A DNA stretch of 44,999 bases from a virus (Duplodnaviria; Caudoviricetes): IMG/VR virus record IMGVR_UViG_3300035321_000146, positions 1-44,999 of that record; one strand, given 5' to 3'. Positions 18,171 through 28,762 of the stretch are shown piece after piece. The notes beneath the pieces were generated by a model. That model saw only the letters and a program-made list of their open reading frames with translations, searched no databases and had not been told where the DNA came from. The first letter of the stretch is position 1. Every line of letters starts with the position of its first letter. The translations under genes and the position numbers were made by a program.

Positions 18171-21100
18171 ATGGCCACACCTAAAATATACGACTTTTTC
18201 AGAAAAATTACAGCAGTAGACGCAACTGATACTCTGGTAGGTACAGCAGAAGCAGATCATACGAGAGATGAGCTTACTATTAAAGGTGGTGACAATATTG
18301 TCTTATCTGTTGACGCTGCGACAGACAAAATTACAATAGAAGCAGATGATACTACATTATTTGTGCCGATTGGAACGACAACATTACGTCATCAGCAAGG
18401 ACTTGACATCCACGATGTGAATCTTGTAGGCGGATACGGAGTAGACATTGTCAGAAATAGTGCTGGAGAATTAGAACTACAAGCAGGTGAAGGCGACACA
18501 AATATTGTTTGGGTTTCAAAGTCACAAGGTAACGATACACATGATGGTATAAATGCACCAGTTGCAACAATTAAAAAAGCATGTCAAATTGCAAGTGAAA
18601 TAGCCTACCAAAGCACAGTAACACAAACAGCATCTCTTACAGGTGCTAGAGAGTTATTAGATGCAAATATAGAATTTATTAAAGATGAAGTTATACAACA
18701 TATAACTGATAACTTTCCTAGTCTAACATACAATACAGACAAGTGTAAAAGAGATACTGGATATATTGCCAATGCAGCATTGTATGATGTGCAGTTTGGC
18801 GGTAACAGCGCCAGTAGATTATCTGCAGAGCTGTATTTTACACAAGGCAGTGCAGAAGTTATTGCTAACCAATTAGCAGAAACAATAAGTGCAAATACAT
18901 TCCTTAAACAACTTGTAATGGATGTACTAAATCAAATTACTGTAACACCATTACAGTCTGTAACAACCCAAACCTTAGATGCTGGCATATCAGTTGCTAA
19001 TAGTGATGTGACATCTATTAGTGCAGGCATACAAATTGTTATTGATGCATTAACTGCGGGTGACACAAACAGTTTACCTGCACTAGTAAAACCTACATTA
19101 TCTATTACACCAACTACAATTAAAATTGCGTCAGGTGATTATTTAGAAGCAAACCCAATTATTGTTCCAGACGGTGTATCACTTGTAGGCGATAGTTTAA
19201 GAACTGTTATTATACGTCCGTTAAATGCAAACAAAAATATGTTTAGCCTACGTAACGGAAGTTACGTTACACAAATTACATTTAGAGATCATTTAGATGC
19301 GAATGGTGCACCTGATTGGACTTGGAACTTTACGTTTGGATTCGACGATATACTAGACTCTGATTATGATAGAGGTTCATACAGAAATCTAAGTTCATTC
19401 AAACCTGTTGTTACAACATCACCGTATATATTTAATAGTTCACTTATATCATTCTTAGGCGGTAGTGGTGTTGATGTTAATGGTGACCTAGTTGAAGAAC
19501 CAAATCAACCTGCGCAACCATTAGAGCTTGAACTTGCTAATGATACAACACCAGGATTACCTAAACAAGGTAAGTCAATGATTGGTGCTGCTTATACAAT
19601 GCTTACATTTGGTGGTACAGGTTGGCTGATACGTAACCAAGCGTATTCACAGTTAGTTAGTTGTTTCCAAATCTTTGCCAAGAACGGCATTTATACACAA
19701 AACGGTGGTTATTGTAGTGTAACAAACTCTGCTACAAATTTTGGACTTTATGCTTTACGCTCAATTGGACAGATGCCTGTATCATTTGAATTTGATAGAC
19801 CTATTATCCATGGTAATGGTATATTCGAAGGTAAACAAAGTTTCAAAGTTGTCGGAAGTAAAAGGGCTGCAACAGAACACTTTATTATAAGAATTATAAA
19901 CGGCATCGGTGCTGACATTACTAATAACCACAGACAAAACGGAGCATCACTGGACTTTGATAGTAGTACAGATATAAACGGTAATCTTATTACAATTGCA
20001 AGCCACGGGTTTATTGGCGGTGAGAAGGTAGTTTACAGAAACGGTGGCAACAAAGATATTGTTGGATTACTAGATAGAAACGAATACTATGTGTTTGTTG
20101 CAAATGCAAATGAAATAGGGTTGTTTGAAGATGTTAATAGTGTTTACAGAGCTGTGCCAATACAAACAAGTACAAGTCAAACACATAACATTGTTACACC
20201 AGACGAAGAATGGTTTGTTGACGAAATTATTGATGAGCATTCAGTGTACCAAGAACTTACACTTGCAGCAGGCACTTATAACTTTAACAAAGGTCAGTCT
20301 ATTACAGGCGACGAAGGTGGTATTCCATTAGCTGCTATCGTTACGGATTGGGACTCAACTACAAGAAAACTTACTATCAGTAACGAAAAAGTACAAATTG
20401 GTGATACTGCGGTAAGAAACTTGTTTAGTTTGACTGCTACTATTACACAGGACCATACTAGTGGTACGCCTGTTACAAATATTAATATTTCTTCGTTTGA
20501 AGACCTAACAAATCTCTACACATCAGAATTTACTATTAGTAGTACATATGGTACTAGCACATTTCAAAATATAGCAAATACTACTACATTAGATATGCAC
20601 TTGCATAGACCTAGTATTGTAAACTCATCTGCACATACATGGGAATATGCAGGATCTGGTATTGACTATAACGCACTACCAGAAAACGGCGGACAAACAG
20701 TTGGCGCTTACCAACAATATAGAAACCAAGAGGGTAGAGTTTATACATCAGGAACAAACGAGCTAGGTGATTTCCTAGTAGGCGACTTTATTACTGCTGA
20801 AAATAAAACTGGTAATATTATATTTAAAAATAAAGTTACAATTACAGAATTAGACAGTCTAAGTTTAACACTGTCGGATGTTACTATTAACGAAATATCA
20901 GATGATATTGGACTAGGTGACAATGACCTAAACGGACCATTGCATAGCAGACTTGTTACACAGTTAGCAGTACGCTCGTTCTTAGATAACAGACTTGGAG
21001 ACTTCATTGATAAGAGTGTAAGCACAAATGCTGTACCTAGTGCTATTGCACAATTAAATAGTGCAGGACAGTTGAACCCAGAGCTTATCCCAGCAACACG

Positions 21101-24100
21101 TAGTTTTGCAAGTTATGTTGTAGACAGCTACGAAGGACGACTAATTATCAGTGAAGATATTCCTGCAGGTGATTCACAAAGTGGCGATATTGCAATTGAA
21201 AACTACCTTGAAGATGTTCTTACTCTTAGTAGTGCAGTTACAGTTGTCAAAGGTGAAACAATAACACAGGCAAACAGTGGTGCTACTGGTGTAGTTAAAC
21301 AAAATCTTACAAGTTCAACTAGTTTAAAACTTGTTTCTGTTAACGGAACATTTACTACTAACAGTGCAGACACACTGTCTGGAAGTACTAGCGGAGCATT
21401 AAGTGCATATCCTACAGTTGTTGATGCTGATACAGAACAGCAAGATAGTTATTTCCTTAACAGGGACACAAGTAGTCAGTTTTTGATCTTAGAAGCAGGC
21501 AGTTATTCCTTTACAAATAGTAATACAGTAGTTGGCGCAGTTAGCGGCGGTGATGGCACAATAACAGATTATGTAACTGGTGTGATTACAGTAGTAAACA
21601 ACGTTGGTCTATCTGGTGGTACTGGATACAATACAGATGGTACATATACAAATGTTGCATTGTCTACAAACGGTTCAGGAACAAATGCAACAGCTGATAT
21701 AGTAGTAAGTTCAGGTGCAGTTTCTAGTGTTGATATTATACGTGGCGGATCTGGATATGCAGCAGGTGATACATTAAGTGCAGCGGATTCAGATATTGGC
21801 GGTAGAACAGCAGGCGCTGCATTTAGTATATCTATTACAGATGTAGAACAACGACTGTTTATTGACTTAGGTGCAGGCGGTATTAAGTTCAGCGCAAGCG
21901 GAGCAAACCCAGACTTTATTAGAGACAATAATAGTACAGCAGTTACATTAGTCCAAAGCTATACTGCAACACAAAGTTTTGATGCAGCAGCAGATGTTGA
22001 CATGACGCCAAACAGAATTACTATTACAGGACATGGTTATACAAATGGTGATCCAGTAAAATACTCAAGTGGAGTAAACTTACCAATTGGTAATCTAGCA
22101 AATAATGCAGTCTACAGAGTAAAAGTAATTGACGCTAATATAATTGAATTATACGACGATTATGATATTACTACACAAAGACTATTTTCAAGTTCGTCTA
22201 GTGGAACACATACCCTTACAATCAACGGTGTAGAAACATTTGGCAGCACATTCTATAAAGCAGCTCATGGGCTAACGACTGGAGATGCATTAGAATATAC
22301 TGCTTCAGTTACTCCTACAGGAATTAGCAGCGGAGAATATTTCTTTGTTGGTAGTGTTACAACAAATTCATTTACCTTACACCCTAGCAGAGCAAATGCT
22401 CTAACAAGTGTAAACGGTATTACATTTGCTAAACAAGCTGTAACTAGCCAAGGTACTGGTAATGCAACTCTTAATATTCATAATGTTCAAGTTACAACAC
22501 AAATTAATACTAGTAGTACTGAAGTAGATAATTGGAGTATACTAAGTTCAGGTAATATTGATGCAAGTAATATTATATCAGGTGTAATTGATAGTACAAG
22601 ATTAGGTACAGGAACAGCAAATAGCGACACAGCATTATTTGGTGATAGCGAATATAAATTAGTAATGAAAGATATTACTAACAATACTGCCGACGACCCT
22701 ATAACCCTTGCTGGTACGTTCTTTACAGACGGCAGCGGCAACGAACATTATTATGGTAGTGTTGACATTAGAGTAGAAGCAGCAGGTGCAGACACAGCAA
22801 TTACAGCAGATGCTAACCAAGCGTATTATTCTAAGGGTGTTGCTAAGTTCCTAAAAGAACACTTTACAAACAGCACAACTGGTGAAATAGGTGTAAAGCC
22901 AAGTACACAAGGTGGTACAGTTGATGCTGCTACACTAGGTGGTGTAGCAAGAGCACATTATGAAAATCCTGAAAACCTAAGTCGTGCTGTACCTATATCA
23001 TTAGGTGGTACAAATCAAACTGCATACACAAAAGGCGATATCCTTTATGCTGCTACTGATATAGATGACGATTTAGATGTTTTAACAAAACTAGGAATAG
23101 GTACAAACGGACAAATACTATATGTCAATACAGATGTACCAGAATGGACGAGTAATCCTGTTTTAGATGGCGCTACATTTGGCAATATACAAATTGCAAT
23201 CACAGATGATAACACAATTGATACAACAACAGGTAATTTAACATTAAGTTCATCCGGTGGCGATATTACTATAGCCGGCAATCTTACAGTGACAGGAACC
23301 ACTACTACAGTTAACACTGAAACAATTAATCTTGCTGATAACATTATTGTGTTAAACAGTAATTTAGGAGCAGGTGTTGCTCCTACACAAAATGGCGGTA
23401 TTAGTATTGAAAGAGGCAGTGCAGCAGACAAAACATTTATATGGAACGAAAGCGATGATAAATGGACTGTTGGTAGCGAAACATTTGTTGCAGGCACACT
23501 TGAAGGAAATTTGGCATGGAGTTATATTACAGACAAGCCAGATCCGCAAATAACTGTAACACTTACAGGTGATGTAACTGGTACTGCAAACACTACCCTT
23601 ACTGATCTTGCTAACGGTACTATTTCAGTTGCTACTACAGTTGCAGCAAATAGCGTTGCATTAGGTACAGATACTACAGGTAACTATATGGTGGATGTAA
23701 GTGCTGGCAATGCAATAACTGTAAGTCATACACCAGGCGAAGGTTCTACGGCAACAATTAATCATGCCGATACTAGCACACAAGCTAGTGTTAACAATAG
23801 TGCTAACGACTTTATACAAGATATTACACTAGATACATACGGGCATGTAACAGGGCTTACAACAGCTACAGTGGACATGGGTGTTGAAAGTGTAGCATCT
23901 GATACTGGTGTAACAGTAAGTGCTGCTACTGGTGCAGTTACAGTTGGTCATGCTGATACTAGCACACAATCAAGTGTAAACAATTCAAATGGTACAGTTA
24001 TCCAAGATGTAACTCTTGATACATTTGGACACATTACTGCGTTAGGAAGTGTTAACTTAGATAGTCGTTATTATACTGAAACAGAATCAGACGGAAGATT

Positions 24101-24851
24101 TGTTTTAGAAACTGGCGATACAATGACCGGTGATCTTACTATGAGTGACGGTACAGGTAACGCAAGAATAATAATTAAAAAAGCAGACAACAACGTATCG
24201 GATCATATACAGTTCTTTAATGGAACAACTCGAATGGGTGAGATTGGTACACAAGATACAACGTGGCTGCGTATTAACCAAGTAACTAACAAAAACATCT
24301 ATACACCGCGTTATATACGTGCAGACAACGGGTTTTATGTAGATGGTACTACATACGGTATCACAGGTGCAGGCGCCTTTAAAACAGCAGATATAACGCC
24401 TAATGCTACTAACACACGCAACGTAGGCACTAGTTCATTACGCTATAATACAATGTACGCAACAACATTTGATGGTACAGCAACAGCAGCACAATACGCT
24501 GACTTGGCTGAAAAATATCTAGCAGATGCAGAATATGAAATTGGCACAGTAATTGCAGTAGGCGGTGAAGCAGAAGTTACAGCAGCTAATCTAAATAATG
24601 CTCACAGCGTATTAGGAGTTGTATCTGAAGCGCCAGCATTTTTAATGAATAAAGATTTAGAGAATGGTACAGCTATTGCACTTAAAGGTCGTGTTCCGGT
24701 GTGTGTTACAGGAGAAGTTAAAAAAGGTGATAGACTTGCTCCTAGCACTATTCCAGGCAAGGCGCATACAAATAATAAAAAAGATGCATGGAGTTTTGCT
24801 ATTGCATTACATGATGCAAAAGACGGAATAGTAGAAGCAGTTATACTTTAG
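18171..24851 (+). CDS. Giant tail fibre/spike protein (2226 aa), paralogue of 7218..13187, with C-terminal autocleaving chaperone
   Basis: WVSKSQGND..ATIKKA motif; three HG(F/Y/L)..G(D/E)...Y repeats; tandem HADTSTQ.SVNNS repeats; C-terminal YADLAEKY...ALKGRVPV..KGD. Confidence 0.8.
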   Translation: MATPKIYDFFRKITAVDATDTLVGTAEADHTRDELTIKGGDNIVLSVDAATDKITIEADDTTLFVPIGTTTLRHQQGLDIHDVNLVGGYGVDIVRNSAGELELQAGEGDTNIVWVSKSQGNDTHDGINAPVATIKKACQIASEIAYQSTVTQTASLTGARELLDANIEFIKDEVIQHITDNFPSLTYNTDKCKRDTGYIANAALYDVQFGGNSASRLSAELYFTQGSAEVIANQLAETISANTFLKQLVMDVLNQITVTPLQSVTTQTLDAGISVANSDVTSISAGIQIVIDALTAGDTNSLPALVKPTLSITPTTIKIASGDYLEANPIIVPDGVSLVGDSLRTVIIRPLNANKNMFSLRNGSYVTQITFRDHLDANGAPDWTWNFTFGFDDILDSDYDRGSYRNLSSFKPVVTTSPYIFNSSLISFLGGSGVDVNGDLVEEPNQPAQPLELELANDTTPGLPKQGKSMIGAAYTMLTFGGTGWLIRNQAYSQLVSCFQIFAKNGIYTQNGGYCSVTNSATNFGLYALRSIGQMPVSFEFDRPIIHGNGIFEGKQSFKVVGSKRAATEHFIIRIINGIGADITNNHRQNGASLDFDSSTDINGNLITIASHGFIGGEKVVYRNGGNKDIVGLLDRNEYYVFVANANEIGLFEDVNSVYRAVPIQTSTSQTHNIVTPDEEWFVDEIIDEHSVYQELTLAAGTYNFNKGQSITGDEGGIPLAAIVTDWDSTTRKLTISNEKVQIGDTAVRNLFSLTATITQDHTSGTPVTNINISSFEDLTNLYTSEFTISSTYGTSTFQNIANTTTLDMHLHRPSIVNSSAHTWEYAGSGIDYNALPENGGQTVGAYQQYRNQEGRVYTSGTNELGDFLVGDFITAENKTGNIIFKNKVTITELDSLSLTLSDVTINEISDDIGLGDNDLNGPLHSRLVTQLAVRSFLDNRLGDFIDKSVSTNAVPSAIAQLNSAGQLNPELIPATRSFASYVVDSYEGRLIISEDIPAGDSQSGDIAIENYLEDVLTLSSAVTVVKGETITQANSGATGVVKQNLTSSTSLKLVSVNGTFTTNSADTLSGSTSGALSAYPTVVDADTEQQDSYFLNRDTSSQFLILEAGSYSFTNSNTVVGAVSGGDGTITDYVTGVITVVNNVGLSGGTGYNTDGTYTNVALSTNGSGTNATADIVVSSGAVSSVDIIRGGSGYAAGDTLSAADSDIGGRTAGAAFSISITDVEQRLFIDLGAGGIKFSASGANPDFIRDNNSTAVTLVQSYTATQSFDAAADVDMTPNRITITGHGYTNGDPVKYSSGVNLPIGNLANNAVYRVKVIDANIIELYDDYDITTQRLFSSSSSGTHTLTINGVETFGSTFYKAAHGLTTGDALEYTASVTPTGISSGEYFFVGSVTTNSFTLHPSRANALTSVNGITFAKQAVTSQGTGNATLNIHNVQVTTQINTSSTEVDNWSILSSGNIDASNIISGVIDSTRLGTGTANSDTALFGDSEYKLVMKDITNNTADDPITLAGTFFTDGSGNEHYYGSVDIRVEAAGADTAITADANQAYYSKGVAKFLKEHFTNSTTGEIGVKPSTQGGTVDAATLGGVARAHYENPENLSRAVPISLGGTNQTAYTKGDILYAATDIDDDLDVLTKLGIGTNGQILYVNTDVPEWTSNPVLDGATFGNIQIAITDDNTIDTTTGNLTLSSSGGDITIAGNLTVTGTTTTVNTETINLADNIIVLNSNLGAGVAPTQNGGISIERGSAADKTFIWNESDDKWTVGSETFVAGTLEGNLAWSYITDKPDPQITVTLTGDVTGTANTTLTDLANGTISVATTVAANSVALGTDTTGNYMVDVSAGNAITVSHTPGEGSTATINHADTSTQASVNNSANDFIQDITLDTYGHVTGLTTATVDMGVESVASDTGVTVSAATGAVTVGHADTSTQSSVNNSNGTVIQDVTLDTFGHITALGSVNLDSRYYTETESDGRFVLETGDTMTGDLTMSDGTGNARIIIKKADNNVSDHIQFFNGTTRMGEIGTQDTTWLRINQVTNKNIYTPRYIRADNGFYVDGTTYGITGAGAFKTADITPNATNTRNVGTSSLRYNTMYATTFDGTATAAQYADLAEKYLADAEYEIGTVIAVGGEAEVTAANLNNAHSVLGVVSEAPAFLMNKDLENGTAIALKGRVPVCVTGEVKKGDRLAPSTIPGKAHTNNKKDAWSFAIALHDAKDGIVEAVIL

Positions 24852-26004
24852 ATATATGTCCAAAAGGTCTCCACTCACCTGGAGTACCTTCAACTATGCA
24901 AATCCAACCTACCCATCCATTAGGATTAGGCTCGTCATTCCAAACAATGTCGCCTCTATTGTATGTACCAGTAGTAGGATAGTTGTGAGCAACTTCGAAT
25001 TTTTTATTTGCAAATTTAATTGACCCTTGAGCATGTATAGATACATCATTGTCGACATTATTAACACCAACACCTAGTTTGCCATGTACGCTTACTTTAG
25101 TTGTGTTATTACCTTTTGTGCCAATACGAACATCACCGTTTGGTGCTACTGTAATTCTTGCTGTATCATCAGTTACAATACGTAATTCGTTTGAAGTAAA
25201 TGTACCAAATTTAAATGCATCATTTTCAGGATCAATAATAAATGTACTGTCATTGCCTGCAAGAGTAAGCATACCATTTGGTTGATCAGTGCGTATTCCT
25301 AAACGCTCTTGATCGCTGTTCCAAAATATCATATTATCGATATTTAGATCACCGGCAGTTTGTAAGTTTTTAAGTCTGCCAACAGCAGTCAGCGAACTAT
25401 GCCTAACACTTGGTCCTAGACTATCTTTGCCTAGTAGCATAGCACCTTCACTCATAATAGTTTTACCACTATGTAGTTCTATGCTTTCGGTGCTAAAAAA
25501 TCTTCCTGGATTAATTTGATATGTTAACTGTTTAGTATAACCGTCACCTACAAACCAAAGTCCTTTACCAGCAAGTGTAGCATCTGGTGGAACATCATCA
25601 CCTGCAGGTTGTCCATGAAATTCCAATGGTCTTGTACGCTCTAACCTTATATCAGAAGTTATTTCATTAACATGTAAACTTTTTGCATTAACTTTGCCAT
25701 CAACTGTTAAATTGCCTTTTACATTAGTGTCACCTAATAATGTATCTACGTCAATTTTATCAGTAAGTATACCGTCGTTATTAATTAAAACTGTAAGCTG
25801 AGTTGCATCATCACGTAGTCCTGTGCTATGAAACTGTTGTATCATGCCACCTTTAATTGCGTTTCCTGTAATGCTTCTATCAGCAATAGGTTTTACAATA
25901 GCCTCTGGCGCAGGCCTTGTTGCTAGTGTATCGATTGCACTTCCAAGAACTGCTAGTCCGTGGCGAATGTTTTTAATGTTATCGTCTGAAATATCTCTTG
26001 CCAT
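24841..26004 (-). CDS. Putative virion structural protein with a spike-type C-terminal module
   Basis: C-terminal PTTGTYNRGDIVWN..GWICIVEGTPGEW; beta-rich; TAAATA late motif upstream. Confidence 0.65.
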   Translation of the reverse strand: MARDISDDNIKNIRHGLAVLGSAIDTLATRPAPEAIVKPIADRSITGNAIKGGMIQQFHSTGLRDDATQLTVLINNDGILTDKIDVDTLLGDTNVKGNLTVDGKVNAKSLHVNEITSDIRLERTRPLEFHGQPAGDDVPPDATLAGKGLWFVGDGYTKQLTYQINPGRFFSTESIELHSGKTIMSEGAMLLGKDSLGPSVRHSSLTAVGRLKNLQTAGDLNIDNMIFWNSDQERLGIRTDQPNGMLTLAGNDSTFIIDPENDAFKFGTFTSNELRIVTDDTARITVAPNGDVRIGTKGNNTTKVSVHGKLGVGVNNVDNDVSIHAQGSIKFANKKFEVAHNYPTTGTYNRGDIVWNDEPNPNGWVGWICIVEGTPGEWRPFGHISKV

Positions 26005-26014
26005 ACTGTATTTA

Positions 26015-27232
26015 TCAACCTATCTTTAGAAGTATGGTATCAGGATTGCATCTACCATTCAACTTCGTGTCAGTAGTATTTATTTCATCCAAGAACTTAC
26101 GGAGTTTTACTTTACCTGCTCCTTTAAAATCTTTAAGTTGATCTTGTGGCTTACGCAATGTTTTTTGTATGCTAAGTGCTTCGTCAAATTGTGTAATAGT
26201 TGTGCCTTTAACACTTAATCCGCTGCCCTCACGACCCATGCCTTTAGGATCAATATTTTTAGCAACATATTTTCCTAGTTTACGTGTCTTAATATTAAAC
26301 ACCCAAAGCTCGTTAGCACCAACAATTTGTTCTGCTGGCACACTTGCAAGTTTAAACTTGTCATCTGTTTTGCAAAACTTTAGCTTTTCAACAAGTTTAG
26401 CAGTGCTTTTTACTTTAGGCTTACGAGGTTTACGTGTTGCTTTCGCACTGTCAATAACAAAGTCTAATGCTGTCATTAGCTCTTCAATTGCTGTAGTAAA
26501 CGCTTTGATATCTGCTTTCTTAAGATGTGCATAGCCTTCTTTAAGCTGTAACCAGTGATCTGCTTGAACCTCGTCCATCTTTTTAAGTTGCCCTGCTGTA
26601 GGATAACGTTCTAGTTCTTTAAAATCATTCAGTTCATTTTCATAAAAGCCTTTAAGTTTACGTGCATGTGCTTGTGTAACACCAGTCTTTTGGAAATGCT
26701 TTTTAAAGTCGAAGCCTTTAGGGTCGAAGTTTTTCTTATCTGTTATAAATCCGTCTAGCCATTCTTCTAATGCTTCTGCTTGCAAGTATGCTTGATCACG
26801 GATACGTTCTTGAATAGTAGGAACATACACGTTTTTCTTTTCTTTTGCTTCTTCTTTCTTTTGCTCAGCTATTACAGCACCTTCTTCATTAAGCTCTGCA
26901 ATCCACTTGTTAAAACTTTCTTTATAATGTGGAGGAACAATTTGTGGCAATGCTTCTAAACAATATGCAGTACACGCCCAATGACTTTTCCCACCAATCT
27001 TCCAATCTGGTAACTTATTAATATTAGACACAATTGTCTTATCAAAGTTTTTCTTAATATATATTTTGACACGTTCTAGCCACTCCTTTGATTCAACTTC
27101 GTAGTGAGTGTAATACTTAGCACCTTCCCATTTAATATTATCAGGCATTAATGGCAACCTGTTTGCGCCACGACGTACTGCTCGTACTGTTTTCTTCTTA
27201 GGTTTCGCCGCTGCTTTATTTGCTCTGGCCAT
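26015..27232 (-). CDS. Hypothetical Lys-rich phage protein (405 aa)
   Basis: Long ORF with AGGAG Shine-Dalgarno and its own sigma70 promoter. Confidence 0.8.
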   Translation of the reverse strand: MARANKAAAKPKKKTVRAVRRGANRLPLMPDNIKWEGAKYYTHYEVESKEWLERVKIYIKKNFDKTIVSNINKLPDWKIGGKSHWACTAYCLEALPQIVPPHYKESFNKWIAELNEEGAVIAEQKKEEAKEKKNVYVPTIQERIRDQAYLQAEALEEWLDGFITDKKNFDPKGFDFKKHFQKTGVTQAHARKLKGFYENELNDFKELERYPTAGQLKKMDEVQADHWLQLKEGYAHLKKADIKAFTTAIEELMTALDFVIDSAKATRKPRKPKVKSTAKLVEKLKFCKTDDKFKLASVPAEQIVGANELWVFNIKTRKLGKYVAKNIDPKGMGREGSGLSVKGTTITQFDEALSIQKTLRKPQDQLKDFKGAGKVKLRKFLDEINTTDTKLNGRCNPDTILLKIG

Positions 27233-27257
27233 ATTAATTCTCCTAATGGTTTATTAC

Positions 27258-27286
27258 ACTATATAGTCATTCGCCGTAATAGTCAA
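27258..27286 (-). promoter_or_regulatory. sigma70 promoter TTGACT-N17-TATAGT
   Basis: Near-consensus with a 17-nt spacer. Confidence 0.65.
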
Positions 27287-27479
27287 GAACTATTTGAAAA
27301 GCATCTCGCAGTTTGGTATGATACTCGTAGTCATCCGGGTGCCCCTTTTGATGTAGCACAAAATTGTCCATAGTTTCCACAGACATATTATAATGATCTT
27401 TGAGACTTTGTGCTGCTATGAGATCTACTATCTCTGCGTCTAGTTCAAAGGTTTTAGGTATGTCATACTTGCGAGCCAT
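27267..27479 (-). CDS. Hypothetical protein
   Basis: ORF track; AGGA Shine-Dalgarno. Confidence 0.65.
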   Translation of the reverse strand: MARKYDIPKTFELDAEIVDLIAAQSLKDHYNMSVETMDNFVLHQKGHPDDYEYHTKLRDAFQIVLDYYGE

Positions 27480-27526
27480 ATTTAATCCTATAAAATGTTT
27501 CTTTTTTCGGGTCCATAGAAATCATC

Positions 27527-27667
27527 TTACCATACTCCGAACATTGCAGTAGGGTGCAGGAATGCTGCTACCCAAATAAGTACCATACCAAACCATACAA
27601 ACAGATCACTCAATATTCCTGTTTGCCACAGCACCAAAAGAATTACCAGCTTGAGCAGCGTTCCCAT
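27527..27667 (-). CDS. Small hydrophobic Trp-rich peptide, 46 aa (MGTLLKLVILLVLWQTGILSDLFVWFGMVLIWVAAFLHPTAMFGVW)
   Basis: Hand-translated; fills a gap in the minus-strand run. Confidence 0.55.
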   Translation of the reverse strand: MGTLLKLVILLVLWQTGILSDLFVWFGMVLIWVAAFLHPTAMFGVW

Positions 27668-27712
27668 CTTACTTCTTGTCCTTTCTTGATTCCAGTATCA
27701 TCTTAACTCCAT

Positions 27713-28093
27713 TTAGCTATCACCAAAGTCGAACAAATCCATGCCAAAGTTGCCCATAGTATTAGCTGGCGGCGGCTTTGGTTTAACTTTTTTATTGCTT
27801 TTTCTTTTCTTAGGTGCAGTTTCTTCACGTAGGCTTTTTAACCCGCCTTCTACTCTACTTGGATATTTTCCAAGGAATGTACCAGCTGTAAGATCATCTT
27901 TTGTAATATACTCTTTATGGAAGTGTTCAATTTCGTCCCAGTGCTTTAACATAATTTTGCCCATCTCATCAAAAAACCCATCTGAAAATATAGCATCGTC
28001 TTGTTCATAATAGGCATATGATGCCATAAGATAATATGGCACCATCATGTTTATATTTTTATCGAACACATCTTGTGCATATGAATCTAACAT
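27713..28093 (-). CDS. Stand-alone NAD+-dependent DNA ligase domain Ia-like protein
   Basis: YLMASYAYYEQDDAIFSDGFFD matches the LigA Ia signature Y-Y..D.P..SD..YD. Confidence 0.6.
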   Translation of the reverse strand: MLDSYAQDVFDKNINMMVPYYLMASYAYYEQDDAIFSDGFFDEMGKIMLKHWDEIEHFHKEYITKDDLTAGTFLGKYPSRVEGGLKSLREETAPKKRKSNKKVKPKPPPANTMGNFGMDLFDFGDS

Positions 28094-28602
28094 TACAAAT
28101 CCTCTATGTGGATAGGTTTATAATTAATTTGCTCTACACATACACACTTGTACGGGCCTTTAGGTACAGGATTAGTGTGGATATGTCCGTGTACGTTTGT
28201 TGCATCGTCTTTCCATCTACCTTCAGCAAGTTGCTGTGCATGTAAAGGAGCATGACTAAACACTACGTTATAATCACTTAGGTTACTCCATAAGGAAATG
28301 CTTTTGAAGAATGGTAGGAGATATTTAGGATTATCATGGTTTCCTAAAATAAGATGTTTCTTACCAGGTAATTTTGAAAAGTTTGCTTCTAACCAATCAA
28401 CCTTGTTATCACCAAATAATACATCGCCTAAGTGGTAGATTGTGTCTTTTGGACCAACTGTGTCTGCCCAGTTATCCATAATGCATTCGTTCATTTGGTC
28501 AACTGTATCAAACGCACGAACAGGTTTACTCACATAATCTTTAAATGTAAGGATAGCTGCGTGGTTAAAGTGCGTATCGCTTATTACCCAAATATTTTTC
28601 AT
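28093..28602 (-). CDS. Calcineurin-like metallophosphoesterase
   Basis: SDTHFNH, HLGD, GNHD, SH.P and HGHIH motifs. Confidence 0.9.
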   Translation of the reverse strand: MKNIWVISDTHFNHAAILTFKDYVSKPVRAFDTVDQMNECIMDNWADTVGPKDTIYHLGDVLFGDNKVDWLEANFSKLPGKKHLILGNHDNPKYLLPFFKSISLWSNLSDYNVVFSHAPLHAQQLAEGRWKDDATNVHGHIHTNPVPKGPYKCVCVEQINYKPIHIEDL

Positions 28603-28628
28603 TATAGTTGCCCTTAAAGTATGTAAAC

Positions 28629-28657
28629 ATTATAGTATCTATTTACTCACTTGTCAA
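28629..28657 (-). promoter_or_regulatory. Consensus sigma70 promoter TTGACA-N17-TATAAT
   Basis: Perfect consensus immediately downstream of tRNA-Trp copy 1. Confidence 0.8.
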
Positions 28658-28666
28658 CCTTTTATT

Positions 28667-28751
28667 TGGCACCGGTGGCGAGATTCGAACTCGCTAATCC
28701 TAAGAACTGGTTTTGGAGACCAGCGTACCTCTCCTACTGTACCGCACCGGC
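28667..28751 (-). tRNA. tRNA-Trp(CCA), copy 1, non-canonical (C8, G1-U72, 12-nt variable arm)
   Basis: Cloverleaf GCCGGTG/CACCGGT, GTAC/GTAC, CTGGT-CTCCAAA-ACCAG, GCGAG-TTCGAAT-CTCGC; G73; encoded CCA. Confidence 0.85.
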
Positions 28752-28762
28752 GTAAAACTCAT

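Noticed and set aside
23760-24050. Tandem HADTSTQ.SVNNS repeats as a DGR template/variable pair or CRISPR-like array
   Set aside because: In-frame protein repeats with non-adenine-specific differences; no reverse transcriptase or spacer pattern in the window.
1382-26534. Many antisense ORFs (for example 1382..1855, 8707..9057, 23045..23497, 26169..26534)
   Set aside because: Shadow frames opposite well-supported genes, without Shine-Dalgarno sequences or motifs.
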